From a virus (lineage: Duplodnaviria > Caudoviricetes), in the IMG/VR virus record IMGVR_UViG_3300029288_000110, positions 37,759 to 101,758 of that record: DNA of 64,000 nt; one strand, 5' to 3'. Below are positions 63,698-64,000 of the stretch, in pieces. The notes beneath the pieces are model-generated. The model was not told the DNA's origin, did no database searches, and was given only the letters and a program-made list of their open reading frames with translations. Numbering within the stretch: the stretch's first letter is position 1; each line of letters starts with the position of its first letter. A program made the translations under genes and the position numbers.

Positions 63698-63706
63698 AAA
63701 TCAATC

Positions 63707-63738
63707 AGCCCCGTGCAAACGCCGGGGCTTTTTCTTTG
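63707..63738 (+). terminator. intrinsic terminator
   Basis: AGCCCCG...CGGGGCT plus T run. Confidence 0.7.
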
Positions 63739-63759
63739 CCCACAGAAAGGTTATCTATT

Positions 63760-64000
63760 ATGCCTATTAAACCGGGGCGTCCCTGCCGGCAGCCCGGCTG
63801 CCCCCACCTCGCAAAAGATAGGAGCGGCTACTGCCCGGAACATCTCACCCAGAGCCGCCAGCAGCTGGACAGGGAACGCCCTAACGCCAATCAGCGGGGC
63901 TATAATCACCGCTGGCAGCAGGCCAGCAAACAGCACCTGCGGGAACATCCCCTCTGCCGTTACTGCTTTGAAAAGCAACCGCCCGTCATCCGCGCCGCCG
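63760..64000 (+). CDS. HK97 gp74-type HNH endonuclease (runs off window)
   Basis: Hand translation MPIKPGRPCRQPGC...YCPEH...RGYNHRW...HPLCRYC. Confidence 0.85.
   Translation, partial: MPIKPGRPCRQPGCPHLAKDRSGYCPEHLTQSRQQLDRERPNANQRGYNHRWQQASKQHLREHPLCRYCFEKQPPVIRAA

Noticed and set aside
63751-63978. Minus-strand 75-aa ORF
   Set aside because: It is the shadow of the plus-strand HNH gene starting at 63760

Overview
This window is almost entirely viral and mobile DNA. A segment of about 58 kb (~1.8-59.7 kb) looks like a temperate bacterial virus. It has a tyrosine integrase, a lambda-O-like initiator with internal iterons plus a DnaC-like loader, a beta clamp, a RuvC-like resolvase, two DNA methyltransferases and two tRNAs. 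Its plus-strand morphogenesis block (31-44.8 kb) has no recognisable terminase, portal, HK97 capsid, tail, packaging ATPase or endolysin. Instead it encodes six tandem small beta-rich (jelly-roll-like) proteins, many membrane proteins, spike/adhesin proteins and a transglutaminase-like protein, which suggests a tailless, membrane-containing virus. A divergent operon encodes a 2653-aa modular protein, small basic Cys-rich proteins, a ferritin-like protein and a glutaredoxin. Two identical ISL3 copies bracket the segment, and the sequence right of the second copy looks like a separate tailed prophage (tRNA-fMet, gp74-type HNH). The window also holds transposase-less single-gene cassettes with shared GGTAAGTAT ends and perfect 8-bp target duplications, and a stack of apparently nested insertion ends at 1.27-1.77 kb. 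The host is inferred, not shown, to be a peptidoglycan-lacking anaerobe such as Dehalococcoidia. All family calls come from motif recognition by eye; no searches were run.
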